Part shown: positions 23,379 to 36,744 of the stretch, piece by piece
Numbering within the stretch: position 1 is the stretch's first letter
How the letters are laid out: the number at the start of each line of letters is the position of its first letter
DNA from: Hyphochytrium catenoides
Taxonomy: Eukaryota; Protista; Hyphochytriomycota
Length of the DNA: 42,366 nucleotides
Reading direction: 5' to 3'
Assembly: GCA_900088475.1 (NCBI GenBank)
Contig: FLMG01000818.1
Coordinates: forward strand, 1 to 42,366
Translations under genes and position numbers: made by a program
The notes under the pieces: generated by a model
What the model saw: the letters and a program-made list of their open reading frames with translations, nothing else
The model's database searches: none
What the model was told of the DNA's origin: nothing

Positions 23379-25679
23379 AGTTTCGCTGGCGTCTCCCACT
23401 TGTTTTGCTTGTTACCTGCGGAGATGGCCAAGAGAAAAGAAGTGACAAAGTGCGACGCTAAGCCCTCCTAGAGAAAATCCGTGAGACTGAAATTGAATGG
23501 CTTACCATGGAAGTGTGCCAGCTAAAAGCTTCAGATACCTGCTCTGCTTATGCTGGTACCGTCCGACGGTTATTTGGCTTTTACAAAGCAGCATCCTCTC
23601 TCTCTCCTCTCTCTCTCTCTGTCTCTCTCTTCCATATTTCGCTCTTCTCTCTCTGTTCCTTGACCACCTGCTGGCTCTCCTTCGTTTTGTTCTGTCTCCA
23701 TTACTTGCCCTCTTCTCCATCTTTGAGTTTCTCTCCTAACTCTCTCTCTCTTCCATGTATCTTCTTCTTTCCTTCTCCCTCCTCTATGCATTGTACTGCC
23801 ACAGGAGCCAGCCGCGAACAAGGTTGGTGATGATGCAGTCTCTTGGCTTCTCGTTTTCCCACCCTGCTTCTGATGCTCCAACTCCACCAGCACAGCAGAA
23901 TGTGTGACTGCACTCATTAGATATTGGCTTTAAGGCAGAAGGTGAGGAAGAGAAGAGGAAGAGGGGAAGACCAGACAACAGGATTGGACAACGGAACGTC
24001 GTCCAAAGCTGCACCTTGGCTCTCTCTCTGTCCACCAGCAACAAGCAGAGATGCTGCTCCTGCGTATGATTGAAGGCGCAGACTGGTCAGGGAGGAGGAG
24101 GAGGAGGAGGCTTGCTGCTGCTGGCCTGCCTGGGGTAAGTACAACTCCTCCCGTCTTCCTCCTTCCCTTCCCTTTCTCCTCCTCTTCTCTCTTCTTCTTC
24201 TTTCCGACCTCTTCTGCTGCTGCTGTTCTCCTTCTTCTGTCTCTGCTGAGAGAAAGAGCCCAGACCCTGCTTTGGCCCTGCTGCCTCACGTCCAATATTG
24301 CACCCTCACAAGTGGGCCAATACTGTATAATGTTTTTGATCTGTTTAGAAAGAAAGGTGAATTGTCGTAACCAACTGTACAGTCCATCTTACACGTACAG
24401 GCCTACGCTTGTCGCCGTGATAATACTGCAGTACCAACCTTCCTCCTTGACCCCCCTCTGTGATGAAGATGACCTGTACTATGTACCCTAGTCGAGGGGG
24501 ATCACAGTAAGTTTAGTACTGTTTGTAAAGGCTTCTTCTTCTTCCCATCATCTGACAGACTGATGACAGATGATGATGATTGAGTGAATGATGATGGTGA
24601 TTGACTAGGAGAGGAGACAATGGACCAAGGCCCATCGTCACTACTACCGTCACTGCCGCCGGCGGCCATCATGACAGAAGAAGACCCGTTGCGGCTGAGC
24701 TGCTGCTGTTCGTTCTTTTATGTTGACTGAGAGAGCGCGGGGGGGCTGGTACTCTTGCTGCTGCTACTACTCGCTGTAACTACTACCTACCTTGCTTCTT
24801 CTTCCTGCTGTTGCTGCTGCTGCTGACTCCTATTTGCTGTTCTGATGATGAGTTTGCTCGCCCGTATTTATCAGCTGTAGTTCCTCTTCTGACGCAGATC
24901 ACTCTTCAATATCATTACTACCATACCACTCGTTTGGCGGCGACGGGACCAGGATGATGATGAAGAGCTAAGCTAAGCTTCAATTCCAGGGCCTCATTCT
25001 CACCCTCTCTCCTCCTCATGACCACCATATACCCTCTCCTCCCTAGTCATTCTGCCCTCCCTTCCTCTCCTCTTTCGCCCGCTAAGATCTCTGGCTGCGC
25101 TGCTCATTTATTATTGTTTACGCCGGACAGGCAGCACTCTACACACAGCAGCCATGTTCCTTTCAATTCCTTTTTTATGTCAGCAGCAGGCTTCTCTTGA
25201 CCATTGCCGATGATCGTGCTCCTACGAGGCTGTATGGTATGACCCTCCTACCTACCGCTGAATGCCTAACTATCAGCAGTAAACTGTAGCACTACTATTA
25301 TAAAAGATAATTACGCGGCTTCCTGCAACTACTCTCCTCCTCCTCCCGAGACTGCCACGCACAGAGTCGTTGCCACTCAGATGACTCCTGACTGTCTGCG
25401 GAGGCTGATGGGAACAGATGAACAACGCGACGGACCAGGCAGCTCCATCCCTCCGATATGAAAGTTCACGCCAGGGATCAAATTTTCAATATTATCATCC
25501 CGTATTTTCATTGCATCTAGAGTATTCTGTAAGCGTAAAGTAAGGCCTCGTGCCGTCCTGAAGATGCAGTTTCTAGCTACATGCTGGTGGCTAATGAAAT
25601 ACTACCTAGCAAACGCGTAGTAGAAGAAGGCCATAATTGGGCCTCCATTGAATGGCGATCCAAATAGGCCACTGTCTTT

Positions 25680-26423
25680 TCAGCGAAGGAAGAACCGCCA
25701 ACAAGTTGAGAGTGTGAAGAAGGCTGTCGCAAACATGCCAACAATCGGGGTAGTATGATAGGCCAACGGAGCCGCGGAATCAGATGCAGCAAGGTTCTTG
25801 CACTTTAGATTAGCTTGGGCTTGGGTTGTGAGTTGAGGACTTATGTTTCCCAGATTCGCTTGATCCACAAGGGAGCAATCCTCCTTGCATTTTGGCAAGA
25901 TATCCCGTATGTCTTCATTTAGTCTCTGGCTCTCTACAAGGAGGACACACGCGCACTCAACAAACTCTGGATAGTCCCTCCGCACTTGTTTGGCATAGGA
26001 TGTGGACGTCAGAATGTCCGAAATGAAGCCCTGCAAATCGTATCTGGCCTTGGTAGGGACCTGAGAAGGGCTTCGAAGAGCTCTGCAGGCTGGATCAGAG
26101 GCTACTTTCACTTGGGTGGATTCTATTTCCAATCCACTTCCCATGAGACAGCGATTGCAGGATGGGCTTATCCCCACCAAATCCGCCGATGGAGAGGAAG
26201 CCAGGACTGTCACTTCGTCGCCAGATGTTGGTGGAGAATCTTTTGACAAGGGAGAGAGTAGAACGAGCATTGAGAGCCCGTCAACGTCGTCTGAAGACCC
26301 AAGAGCAGCGGCTCCTCCCACTGCATAGGCGCCCAGAATGGCTATAAGGAAAAGCATTGAGGTGGTGGCTGCTGCGTGTTTCAAAAATAGCGCCATGTTT
26401 CTCGAAAAAGGAAGAGCCATCAT
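25680..26423 (-). CDS. Uncharacterised 8-Cys protein with signal peptide and GPI-anchor-like tail, paralog B (247 aa; start may be Met10)
   Basis: Same architecture as paralog A. Shared motifs are CxxCL, PxC, AxQVx3PEFxxCxC, LPKCxxxC, DQ and QxNLxC; the tail is DSAAP...IVGMFATAFFTLS. Confidence 0.85.
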   Translation of the reverse strand: MMALPFSRNMALFLKHAAATTSMLFLIAILGAYAVGGAAALGSSDDVDGLSMLVLLSPLSKDSPPTSGDEVTVLASSPSADLVGISPSCNRCLMGSGLEIESTQVKVASDPACRALRSPSQVPTKARYDLQGFISDILTSTSYAKQVRRDYPEFVECACVLLVESQRLNEDIRDILPKCKEDCSLVDQANLGNISPQLTTQAQANLKCKNLAASDSAAPLAYHTTPIVGMFATAFFTLSTCWRFFLR

Positions 26424-29400
26424 GCTTTCACGAATGCTTCACAAGATACCCCGTAATGGGAACGTTAGTGGCGCTTAACTTAGGCGATGTACACAAGAGA
26501 AACTAAAGGTGCCGACGACAGAGTCCGTACTATGAAGAACGGCGGACGCGGACGAGTAGTTTATGTTCTAGGGTGGAAAAAAAAGGTGGCAAGAAGAGCT
26601 CGGCTTCCAGGGTTTGCCTTCGAGGATAAAAGCAATACAGAAAGTGAAGTCTCCCAGCTCGCTTCTCGGAGCCTCCTTATCCTGCAGCACAACCTCGCTC
26701 TGCATACATTGGCTTTGTTTGGTGTCTGGGACTGATGACGGGGTGCCGGCGGTCCTGTTCCGCTGCTCACCTCGTCTCATTTCTTCCCCCTTGTCGTCTT
26801 CCTCTCCTCTCTTTCACCGTTCCCTGTCTTCTTCCGTTTGAAAGCACTCCACTCTCCCTATTATTATTATGTTGGATTGGTTGCATCCCTACTTCTTCTT
26901 CTTCGTTGATACATATACACTGCTACTAGTCGTCGACAGGACGTGCTGAGGAGATAGTGCGGTAGCTTGACCTCTTGGGTGGCCAAGGGAGGGGAAGGGG
27001 CCCTCGTCTCACCAAGGATAACTGGTGGGTGTCCTCTTACTTTTTTGGTCGTCCGCCGTCCCAGAGGGGCCATCATCATCATCATTCTATTGACCAACGA
27101 TGATCTTCAGGAAGTCTGGCCCGAGATAGATGTGATGAGGGTGTTTCTTCCTCATCAGACAAAGGGGCCATTATTGCTGCACCACCCCTTGGAAAAGTAG
27201 TTCTACACTCTCTATTGCCTGAAAAAGCCTGGTCCTCTTCTCTCGTTTATTCTTTGGGTTGTTTGTTGTCCTACCGTACCTGGGAAGGCATTGCAAGCCT
27301 AAGGACGTGGTCTGATCTTTTGTCTCCACCACAAATAGTCGTCCGTTGTTCCCAGAGAATTACATAAATCTTTCTAACAAGCAAAAGAAGGGCATAACAA
27401 CCGAAGATGACACTCAGTGCTTTGCCTAATAATGCATTCGCTAGTATTTCTTACATTATTGTGAATACGAGTGAAGTGAGGCGAAAGCGTCCTTTAAAAG
27501 TCGTCAAAAGGCCATCCCTCTCTGGCTATGAGACGGGGGCCACTCGGAATGGGACATTATCATACAAACCCACACTGGGAGGAGGACGGGGAAATCGCTA
27601 CGTCTACAATTATCTTCTGAAGGGTTATTAGTTAGGCGGTGATGACAGGAATAGAGGGAATAGAGGAAAAGAAGAGGTGGTGTGGAAACAGAGGGACACT
27701 AAGTTGATGTGGGGAGGGGGAAGAGGGAGGAAGAAAGATGGACAGCAGCAGGGCTTGAGGAGAACCGTCGTACCTCCTCCTCGCAACAACGGCTGTTGAA
27801 TGAAGAGATGGCGAGGCAAGGTTGAGGCGCAGAAAGAGGTGAAGCGATTTATTACTCGTAAAAGAGAGAGGGAAAGTGATCTTGGACGGCCTCTCTCTTC
27901 TCTCTCTCTCCCCTCTTCTTTCCCTCTCTCTTTCTCTTTCGCTCTCGCGCTCTCTCTCCCGCGCTCTCCTCTCTCTTTCTCTCGCTCTCTCTCCCAAGCT
28001 CTCCTCAGCCCAGTCCCGTCCTCTCTGTTACCTTCCAGTATCGTCACTGATGTTTCTTTCATTCTTCTTCTGGTCATCTTCATTCTACTCTGTTGAGCCG
28101 TGGTATCGGGAATGACCGGATGAGAAAAGCAAAGAAAAAATAGGGAATGCAAGAGTATTGGCAGGACCAGAAAAGACACAACAAGTCCATCCTCCTTTTC
28201 TTACGCTCAGCCGCTGCAGAGAGCACGGTCTATGCGTCACAGCATCAACTCTCAACGTCTGCTTTGCCTTTTTTCTTTCAGAAGAGAAGAAGTTACATAA
28301 TAGAGAAGTAGAGGGGAGAAGAAAAGATTGTAAGAACTGGTGAGGGAGAGAGAGAGGGAGGGAATGAAGAAGGATGATGGAAAGAAAATAGAGAAGTAAA
28401 GGGAAAAGAAATCATTGTAAGGAGGAGTGAAACAGAGGAGGAGAGAGGAAGAAGGATGTAAAAACTGAAGATTACAAAGACAGATGAATAATGGAGGCAG
28501 ATAGACAGAGACAGAGTGCGGAAAGTAGATACAGAGGTGAGAGAGGTAGTTTCATATAATCGTACAAAGAACATGATAAGTGTTATACGTAGTGAAAGAA
28601 ATCTTAAAGCACCAAAGAAGAGGGAAGTTGAGCAAGGGTCAGTCGCCGGCTTTGGCTGTCTAGCGGCCGCTATTTAGCCGGACAAACGCCGCTGAGGAAG
28701 ACCTACTATGCGAAGGTGATGCTACGGAGTTCTCGGCTAAGTCGAAGTTTAGTGTCAGAGCACCTCCTTGTGCATAAACAGACAGGCCTATGGGGCAGAC
28801 AACGACGGGGAACGGAGAAGATGAAGTGGGACATAGCTGCTCTCAATTCTAGTTCTATTGCTTCTCTCCCTCTTTCGCTCACTGCTCCTCCCTGAGGTCG
28901 GTTTGCTTTTGCTAACAATGCCAATCAGTCAATAAAGATTGATCTAAGAGAAAAGTCCTTAGAACCGGCTTCAAAGTCTTCCTCTGCGAAGCTTGGTCGG
29001 AGCTGAGGCCTGGCCAGCCGAAGCGAAGACTTAGCTAAACACCTTACTCACTCTTTTATTCTTGTGTCTTGTACACTTGTGTCTTGTACATTTGTTCTTC
29101 GCGACTCCCTGAAGGCGGTGGGCAGCGGGCGTTGGGGTAAACACAAAAGGAACCACTTGTCGATCTCTGGGATGAGCCCTTCTCATTCCTGGTTTCAATA
29201 ATGAGTGGAGCCTGCTCATGATAGCACCTTCTTTTTCTTCTTCCTTTTCGGAACCTGATGGCGAGGGTGGCGGTGGAGAACGCGTTGTGGAGTCCAGAAG
29301 TCTGTAGCTCTCGTCTCCTCTTCTATTCCCTTCCTTTCCTTCCTTCTTCCTCCTTCTTCCTCTTCTTCTTTTTGATCCTTCAACTTCTTAGTAGTTTTTT

Positions 29401-30736
29401 AGTAGTATACGAAAAAGGAAATATTCTCACTGTTTTTCGAGGCGAAGGAGCCACCAGAGCTGTTCTACGAGCAAATTAATTGTGGCCATTATTAGAGATA
29501 CAGCAGGTCAATAGAGGCTACTAGGACCATGCTGCTAGGAAGCATGAGCACGCAGTTATTAGAGAGATGATCTGAAAACAAACGGCCCTGACCAGCCGAG
29601 AAAGGGACTAAGGCAGGCAGAGATAGGAAGTTCTGGGACTGCTGTAGCGCCAATCCCAAAGATAGAAGGCACAATGTAGTAAGGAGGCATTTTTTGCGAC
29701 AACAGCCGCTGAATCTCCCGCTGCAGTGGACGGGGAGAGACACGTACGGCCGGCAGGAATAGGCGGAGCTCCCTCCTTTGTCATAGTAATAGGTATAGAT
29801 ACTACTAGATGGTGCTAAGCTCAAATTGTCAGGGAAAAGCATAAGGTTGTTGAGACAGAGCGAAGAAGGACCTCGTGGTTGGGGCTTATATGCATCCTCC
29901 GTCTACCGGACTAAGGTACATGCCTACTTCTTCGGAGAGACAAAAATAAGAATGGCACGCGTTTTGCTTCTCTCGGAGCAGCAGGCGCTGCCCCCAGGAA
30001 TAACTCACACCAGCAGCATTGGCGCTGGACATTTGAAAGAAGGAATAAGAAGAGCAATTGGCTAAAGAACCCAGTCCAGCAATTGCCTTAACCAAGCATC
30101 CGGGCGCGAACATGCTCCTGCAATCCGCAATCCAGGGACAAAACCAGCAACCGCGCACGGATTCAGCCAAGCACAACAGACAATCTAAAAACAGCCGACC
30201 ATAAATAGCCAGCATTCAAGCGCAAAGCATCCGCCGACCCAGCTCTCGCGAATCTGAACTTTTTTTCATGTTGGTACGAGAGCAGACGGAAAGGACTTGG
30301 TTTCAAGGTAATCAAGAGAGAGAGACTGCGCCAGAGGTTCTATAGGTCATCACTGCTACCCCTTCAATCTTCTTCTGCCTCTTTTCCTCTCTTTCTTTCC
30401 CCTTTTTGTTTACTTTCGAAACGTTGAGAGCGCCCATACCGATACGTAATTTATCGATAGCTGTTCTCTCTCCTTGTTCCCTCTTTTTCTCTTCCCTTTC
30501 AGTCGCTTCTCTCGTCCAATTCCCTTCTCAGTCGTCTGGCAGATTCTTCACTCTGCCGAGACCGGCGGAAAGATGGTAGAGGAGAGGCTACAGGTCAAGC
30601 TCTATTTCTCTCTCTGTCTCTCTCTCCCTCTTCGCTTGATCCTTATTGCAGCCGTGTCACTCTATCAAAATCGCTTTCGCCGCCAGGGGTGGTAGCGGGA
30701 AATGACTTCCCTCATTTTTCTGGTGCTCTGGTTAGT

Positions 30737-30790
<54 letters not shown>

Positions 30791-33111
30791 CTCTTCCTTC
30801 TCTATTATCGAGTCGATGGTGGGACTCCAGGCCTTTGTCTCTGTCTCTCTTTTCTGAGGCAGTTCATTCACTCACTCTTCTTCTACTCTTTTGCCTTTTC
30901 AAGAAGTCATCTCGGCCCTTTAGCTGTTCTTTCTCAGTCCGCAACCTTCGTTCGCTGGAGCTCCTCTTTCAAGATTGCTCTCTCCCTCTCTCTGTCCCCC
31001 TCTTTCTCTATAAAGACACTCTTCGTTCTCTCTCCCTCTATCCTCTAGCTCCTCTTCTCTCTCTCCTGTCATGGGTGCCTCACATTCCTTAGCTTGGTGC
31101 GAGCTGCATTAGAGGCATCTCGCGCTCCAGGAGATCCTCGTGGCATCTGCTGCACTCCCTCTCCCTCTCCTCTCTCTCTTGAACTTCTTTCTCCTCGGAC
31201 GGCACTCTCGGTCTCTCTCCTCACTTTCTTTTATGGCGTACTTCTCCTCGTGTTAGGGATTCTGTCCTCTTCCCAAACCATCTCTCTCTCATCTGTTCCT
31301 CTTCCTTCTCTCTCTCTCACTGCGTCCTCTTCTATCCTTCCTGCTCTCTTTCTTTTCTTCCCTCTCTTTGTCTTGGCGATGAGACTCTTGGGCTTTCTGC
31401 TGTGGCTTTGCTGTAGAATTTTATGGCTAAAGCTGTATATCGGCAGTATCGGACGGTTCATCGCTGGTCACCGCTAACATTATCTAGGGTATCGCGCTTA
31501 TTGAGTCTTTTCAGGGCTGGCAACTGCTCCGCCTGGGCCTGGGGACTAGACATGGGCCACGGCGGTGATGGGATGCCTCGTGGATATCTTCGCAGCTCTG
31601 GGAACGGTAGGACCGCTAGGATTGGAGCTTAAGATTGTCAGAAGTCAAAATGTGAAGCCCTGAACACGCCACATCAAAAAGCCAACTTTCTTACTTTTGC
31701 GGACGTGGATTTTGAAGCTTTCTCTCTAGAGAAGTGAAGATTTACTGCGTTTCTTGGAGGTTCGAAGACTCAAACCGACGGACTATAAGGTTAAGATTTG
31801 GGGTCCCTCGGAAGGAGGGTTTGAAGAGGAGAAAATTGCTGAGGAAGAGGAGCAACGAGAACGAAAAGAGTTCTTCGGTGACTATTGTGGAGATATCTCT
31901 TTTCTTTTCCCACCCTCTGTCTCTTCTTCTCCAGGTGGCTTTTCTTCTCCTTATATGGCAAGGCTCCAGACGTGATGCGTGATAATAAAATGGAGGAGGA
32001 AGGTGCATCAGAGGCTCCTGCTCTCTCTCTCTTCTACTCTCAAAAGCTATGGCCGTTTCTCTGTGGTTCCTTCTTCTTCCTCTTCTTCTTCCGACCCGGT
32101 CTCTTCCTCTGCAGACACGCCTCTACCTTCTTCATTACCATCTTCCCGAGTGGGGGGCTCTCTCTCAATCCGACTCTGTCTTCTACCTCCTCTCGTTCTT
32201 TTCTCTATAATGCCAAGAGCGAAAGAGTCTTAACTCTTCGAAGCTCGGTAGAAAGTAACTGGCAAATATGAGGCGTGACCGAGAAGGCTGATCGTCTTTA
32301 AGGCGAGCTGTTGGGCGGCTCTTCTCTCTCCGCTTCTTCATCCTCTTCTCGTTTACAGACGGAAGAGGAGTGGAGGAGGAGAGACAACGACGGCGCTGAG
32401 AAGCAGAATAGAGAACAGAGAGTAGAGGCTTTCTCTCTTCTCATGGTTCCCTGGGGCCTTAGAAGCACTAGAGAATGGCTGGGAGGAGACGATCCGCTGT
32501 ACAATTTCTCTCTAGCTCTTCGTCGGGAGCAGGCAGGGTCAAGCCGAAGAAGACACACTGGAAGATGGAAAGAAGACAGGGGGTAAAGAGGAACCAGAAG
32601 ACGGGAGAGAGAAAATAAGAGAGACAGAAGCGCCTTCTTCTCTTCTTCTTCTTCTCAATGGGCCCTCACAAGGCTATCGTGTGGTGCAATGCTCTCTGAG
32701 TCTTACCATTGAGAGAACAAAGCGAGAAGAGACGAGAGAAATTGGAAAAAATGGCGCACGCGCGAGAGAGAAAGAGAGAAGAGCTAGAGAGAATGCTGGG
32801 ATACGCGCTACTTCTTGCCTCAAATCTCAAGTTCCTTCGGCTAACATAGAAGACAATCTCTTGGTAGGGACGAGAGAAGAGACTTCTTGGCTTCTCAATG
32901 AGAAGATTCTTTTTCTCCTCCTGGGAAAGAGAGGCAGCAAGAAAGACGAGCCTTCTGCCCTTCTTCCCTATTCTTTCAAGGATCAACTGAAGGCGTCGTG
33001 GCTCGTCAGCGACGCCAGCGCTATTGTGTCTCTCTTCTCCTCTCTCGTCATCAGAGGCAGGATTGTGGTCATTTCCAAGTTCTCCGGCACCTCCAAAATT
33101 CCTCACAAGAC

Positions 33112-33188
33112 CTGCAGAAAGCTTCATAAAATCTGCAGAAAGATTCACAAAATCTGCAAATAGCTTCAGAAATTCAGCAGGAAGCTCC
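33112..33188. repeat. 21-nt tandem minisatellite, ~3.7 copies
   Basis: ctgcagaaagcttcataaaat / ctgcagaaagattcacaaaat / ctgcaaatagcttcagaaatt / cagcaggaagctcc. Confidence 0.85.
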
Positions 33189-34607
33189 GGAATCGGCGGT
33201 CCAAAGCGCTTGTTAAGAACAGACTCACCGGATATCAGCAGCGACTGTCTGGAGGGAGAACAGAAAGAGGAAGAAGACTTTAGTCTCTCTCTCGTTCTCT
33301 CTCCCTATCTCTGGCTTATTTCTGGGGCTATTGCGATGGCTCTAGGAACAGTGAGCGCCTTCAGATTAACAGGAGGAAAGGTGATCAGGGATCTTTGGGG
33401 CCGCTCTCACCCTCTCTGGGTGATCCTTTGTCGGCAGTACACGGTCATGGCCCTTCTCTCTTCTCTCGTGGAGGCTTTGCAGGAGAAGGGGGAGAGGGCG
33501 AGATTGAGGACAGAGAGAGAGCGTTAAGAAAGAGAGAAGGAGACGAAGAAAGAAGAAAGAAGGGAAAGAAAAGGGAGAAGGGGGAAGAGAGAGAGAGAAG
33601 AGACAGAAGAGGAGGAAGAAGAAGAACCAGAAGAGGAAACAAAGCTGCCACAGACCCCTTCTCGGCCTTCTCCTTTTCCCAGCACGGCCGCCAACTCTCT
33701 TCCCATCTCTTCCTCGTTACTCTTTCCCGCACACTTCATCTTCCTCTCTCTTTCTCCCATTAGCGGAGAGAAAGACAGGAGAAAAAGAGGAAGAAGAGAG
33801 AAAGGAGGACGAGAGAATGGAGGACGAGAGAAAGGAGGAAGAGCACCAAAAGGGAGATATTCAAGAGAGAGAGAGAGAAAGGGTTCGTCCTCCAGCTCCT
33901 CCATATTTCCCTTTCCAAGAGAGAGAAGAAAGAAAAGGAGAGAGGAAGAAAACATTGAAGAGGAGAGAGAGAAGAAAGCTTCCTGAAGAGCTAGTGCTGG
34001 CCTTTGAAGAAGAAGCAACGACAGAGTTTCTCTCTCAAGAAAGACAAAGAAGGAAGAGGGAAGAGAGACGAAGAAGGAGAGAAGGGGTCGGGGCCGGACG
34101 AAGAGAGAAGAAAGACTCTCTTTCTGCTCCTCCTCTACCGTCTCCCTCCTCCGCAGCAGCCTCCCGTGTAGGCTTTGTCTGGCGCCTCAAAAGAGAAGGA
34201 GGAGAGGCTCTTCCCTACGAGTTCTTCTTCTCCCGCCACGCAAATGAGCTGACTGCTTATCCTCAGCGGCGGGCGAGGGAGCAGGAAGAAGAAAGAAGAA
34301 GAAGAAGAAGAGGCTGGAGAGAAGAGAGAGAAAGAGAAGAAGAGATTTGAGAGAAAGAGAACGAAGAAGAGAAGAGACAGGATGGCGGTTTCTATAGGAA
34401 GGTTGAACCAAACGGAGCTCCGTTCATGGTAAGGCACGAACGGAGCGAGAGAGACAGAGAGAAAAACAGACAGAGAGAACGGAAACGGCAGACAAGGACA
34501 GAAGACAGGGAGAGAGAGAGATCAGAGACGGGAAAGACAGGGGAAGAGGAGGAAGATAGAAGATAGAGAGAGTGAGAGTGAGAGACAGAGAAAAAAGAAA
34601 GAAAGAA

Positions 34608-34657
<50 letters not shown>

Positions 34658-36708
34658 TGGAAAGGGACGTCAAGAAGAGGGAATGGTGATGAGCCATGGC
34701 TGCTGTATGGTCCCGCTAATAAACACATAGACGGAAGTAGAAGGACTTAATCCCAAGAGCACTTGAGCGCCTCTCTCCCTCTGTGTCTGTCTCTCTCTCG
34801 CGCGCGCTCTTCTGACTTCTGTCTCTTTCTCCTTTTCTCCCAGCCCCAGCGTCTCTCTCTCTCTCTTTTTGGCACCAGTTCCGTCGATCGATTTATCAGC
34901 TCGTTTCTCCCCGTTGTCTAGCCCTCTGCGCTCTTTTTCCACTCTCTTCCCCTCCTCTTTGCTCACTGCGTCTTGTCGTCCGTCTCCCTGTCAGTCTCTC
35001 TTTCTCTCTGTGACTCTCCGTCTATCTCTCTCTCTGTCACAGGCAACTAAAACCTTATTAGCTAGCTGATCACACTCTATTAGCCATCAACAAACAGACT
35101 GTAAAAGAAAGATACTGGGTCCACAGTCCGGGCAAGAAAAAGCTTCGTTTGACGGCAGCGCTGGCTTTTGCACTGTTATTAGGAGGAGATGAGCCTTCAT
35201 CGCTGCTGCTAATTACTCATCCAAGCTACTAGCATACAGTGGGGGTTGGGGCGGGACGGAGGAGAGGGAAGGGGTTTACAGGTGAACTCCGTGGGAAGAA
35301 ACCTGCCATATCTCTACTGGATGAGGACCCGTCAGGTGCGTGTGTGAGAGACGGGCCCCTTCTTCTTCTCTTTGAGTGTGCCCTCAGGAGGAGGACGACG
35401 GGTAGCCCTGATGATGATGTAGAAGCAAGAGTCAACGACGGCGGGTGGGCTCTCCGGAAGGATGCTCCTCTCTTTTCTCTTTTTCTCTTTGCCATGTTCT
35501 TCATAGGGTAACTTCTTCACAGTCCCTGTTTGTATTTTTCTATCATCTCTGTATTCTCAGTTAAAGAGAAAGTTGACCCTCTCGCAAGGCACACTCTTTC
35601 CTTATCTCTTATAGATCCATACGACCGCGCGCGTCACTCTCACGAAGTCTTCCTCTTCGTGGTGCTTGTCTTCTGAACTGAGTGCCTGGATGGCCAGCCA
35701 AGACAAGGACGACTCACCTTCTTACACTATTATTAAAAAGGGGAACGCTTGTGGCATGACACTCTCTTCTCCCTTAACATTCTTAGAGAGCAGTGGCATG
35801 TCTAGACCTCATCCACTGACTTTTGCAGCAGCGGCGCGATCAGCTTCTTCCTCAACATATTGCAAAAGGGCCCAAGAAGCTCCTTTTGGGTCCCAACGGA
35901 TTCGAGGAGGGAGAGGAACGAAAGAACAAGAAGGAAGAGGAAGCAAGAGGTAAGAAGAACGAACTGTCCAGAACAACAAAAGATACAAGGAAAGGAAAAA
36001 AAGAACAAAGAGTGGGAAACGACAGAAAGGATCCCAGATTTCAGAAGAACTCCAGCTCTCTCTTCTCTTCCCTTCTCTCATGATCAGCAGGAGAAAAGAT
36101 AGAAGCAGCAGCACAGCCGCCATCGTCACCACCAGAAGAGAAGAAAGGTCGATAAGTAGTGCGGAGAAGCCGCCGTACACTTCCCCCTCTTCTCATATGC
36201 AATCTCTCGTCTTGAAAGAGTAGTGATGGGCATCAACATGCGGGAAAGGATAGAGAAGCTGAAGTCATAGCAAGACAGTAGAGGAGTCCTCCAGCAAGGC
36301 CTTTTCGTTGCTAAGCATAAAGGAGGAAAAACGGGAGCTCAGGAAGCTTCACAAGCCCTTCATCAAGAAACCCATCTTCCTTATATGATCAATATAATGC
36401 TCAAGCGTTGCTCACTCCTTTCTCAGTATCACAGTACTGTTCAGGTTACTCGTGCCTGTCACTGATAGTCCTAACGATCAAGCAGCAGCTTCTTAGGGCC
36501 TAGGCTTTGTTTAATCTGTTAAAACCACCCTGTGTGGCGTTGTTGCTTTTTTCCCTGTGCTTTGGCCCACTTTGCAACTCTTCTCTCGCATTGACGACAT
36601 TGACAGCATAGAAGAGGTACAGGGAGCGAGAAGAATAAAAATATAATAAGGAGAGACGAAGGGAGAGAGAGAGAGAGAGAGACGGAGAGAGAGAGACAGA
36701 GAGAGAAG

Positions 36709-36744
<36 letters not shown>

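Noticed and set aside
22638-26423. Elicitin or saposin assignment for the GPI-type pair
   Set aside because: Cys number and spacing do not match either pattern; left unassigned pending a structure search.
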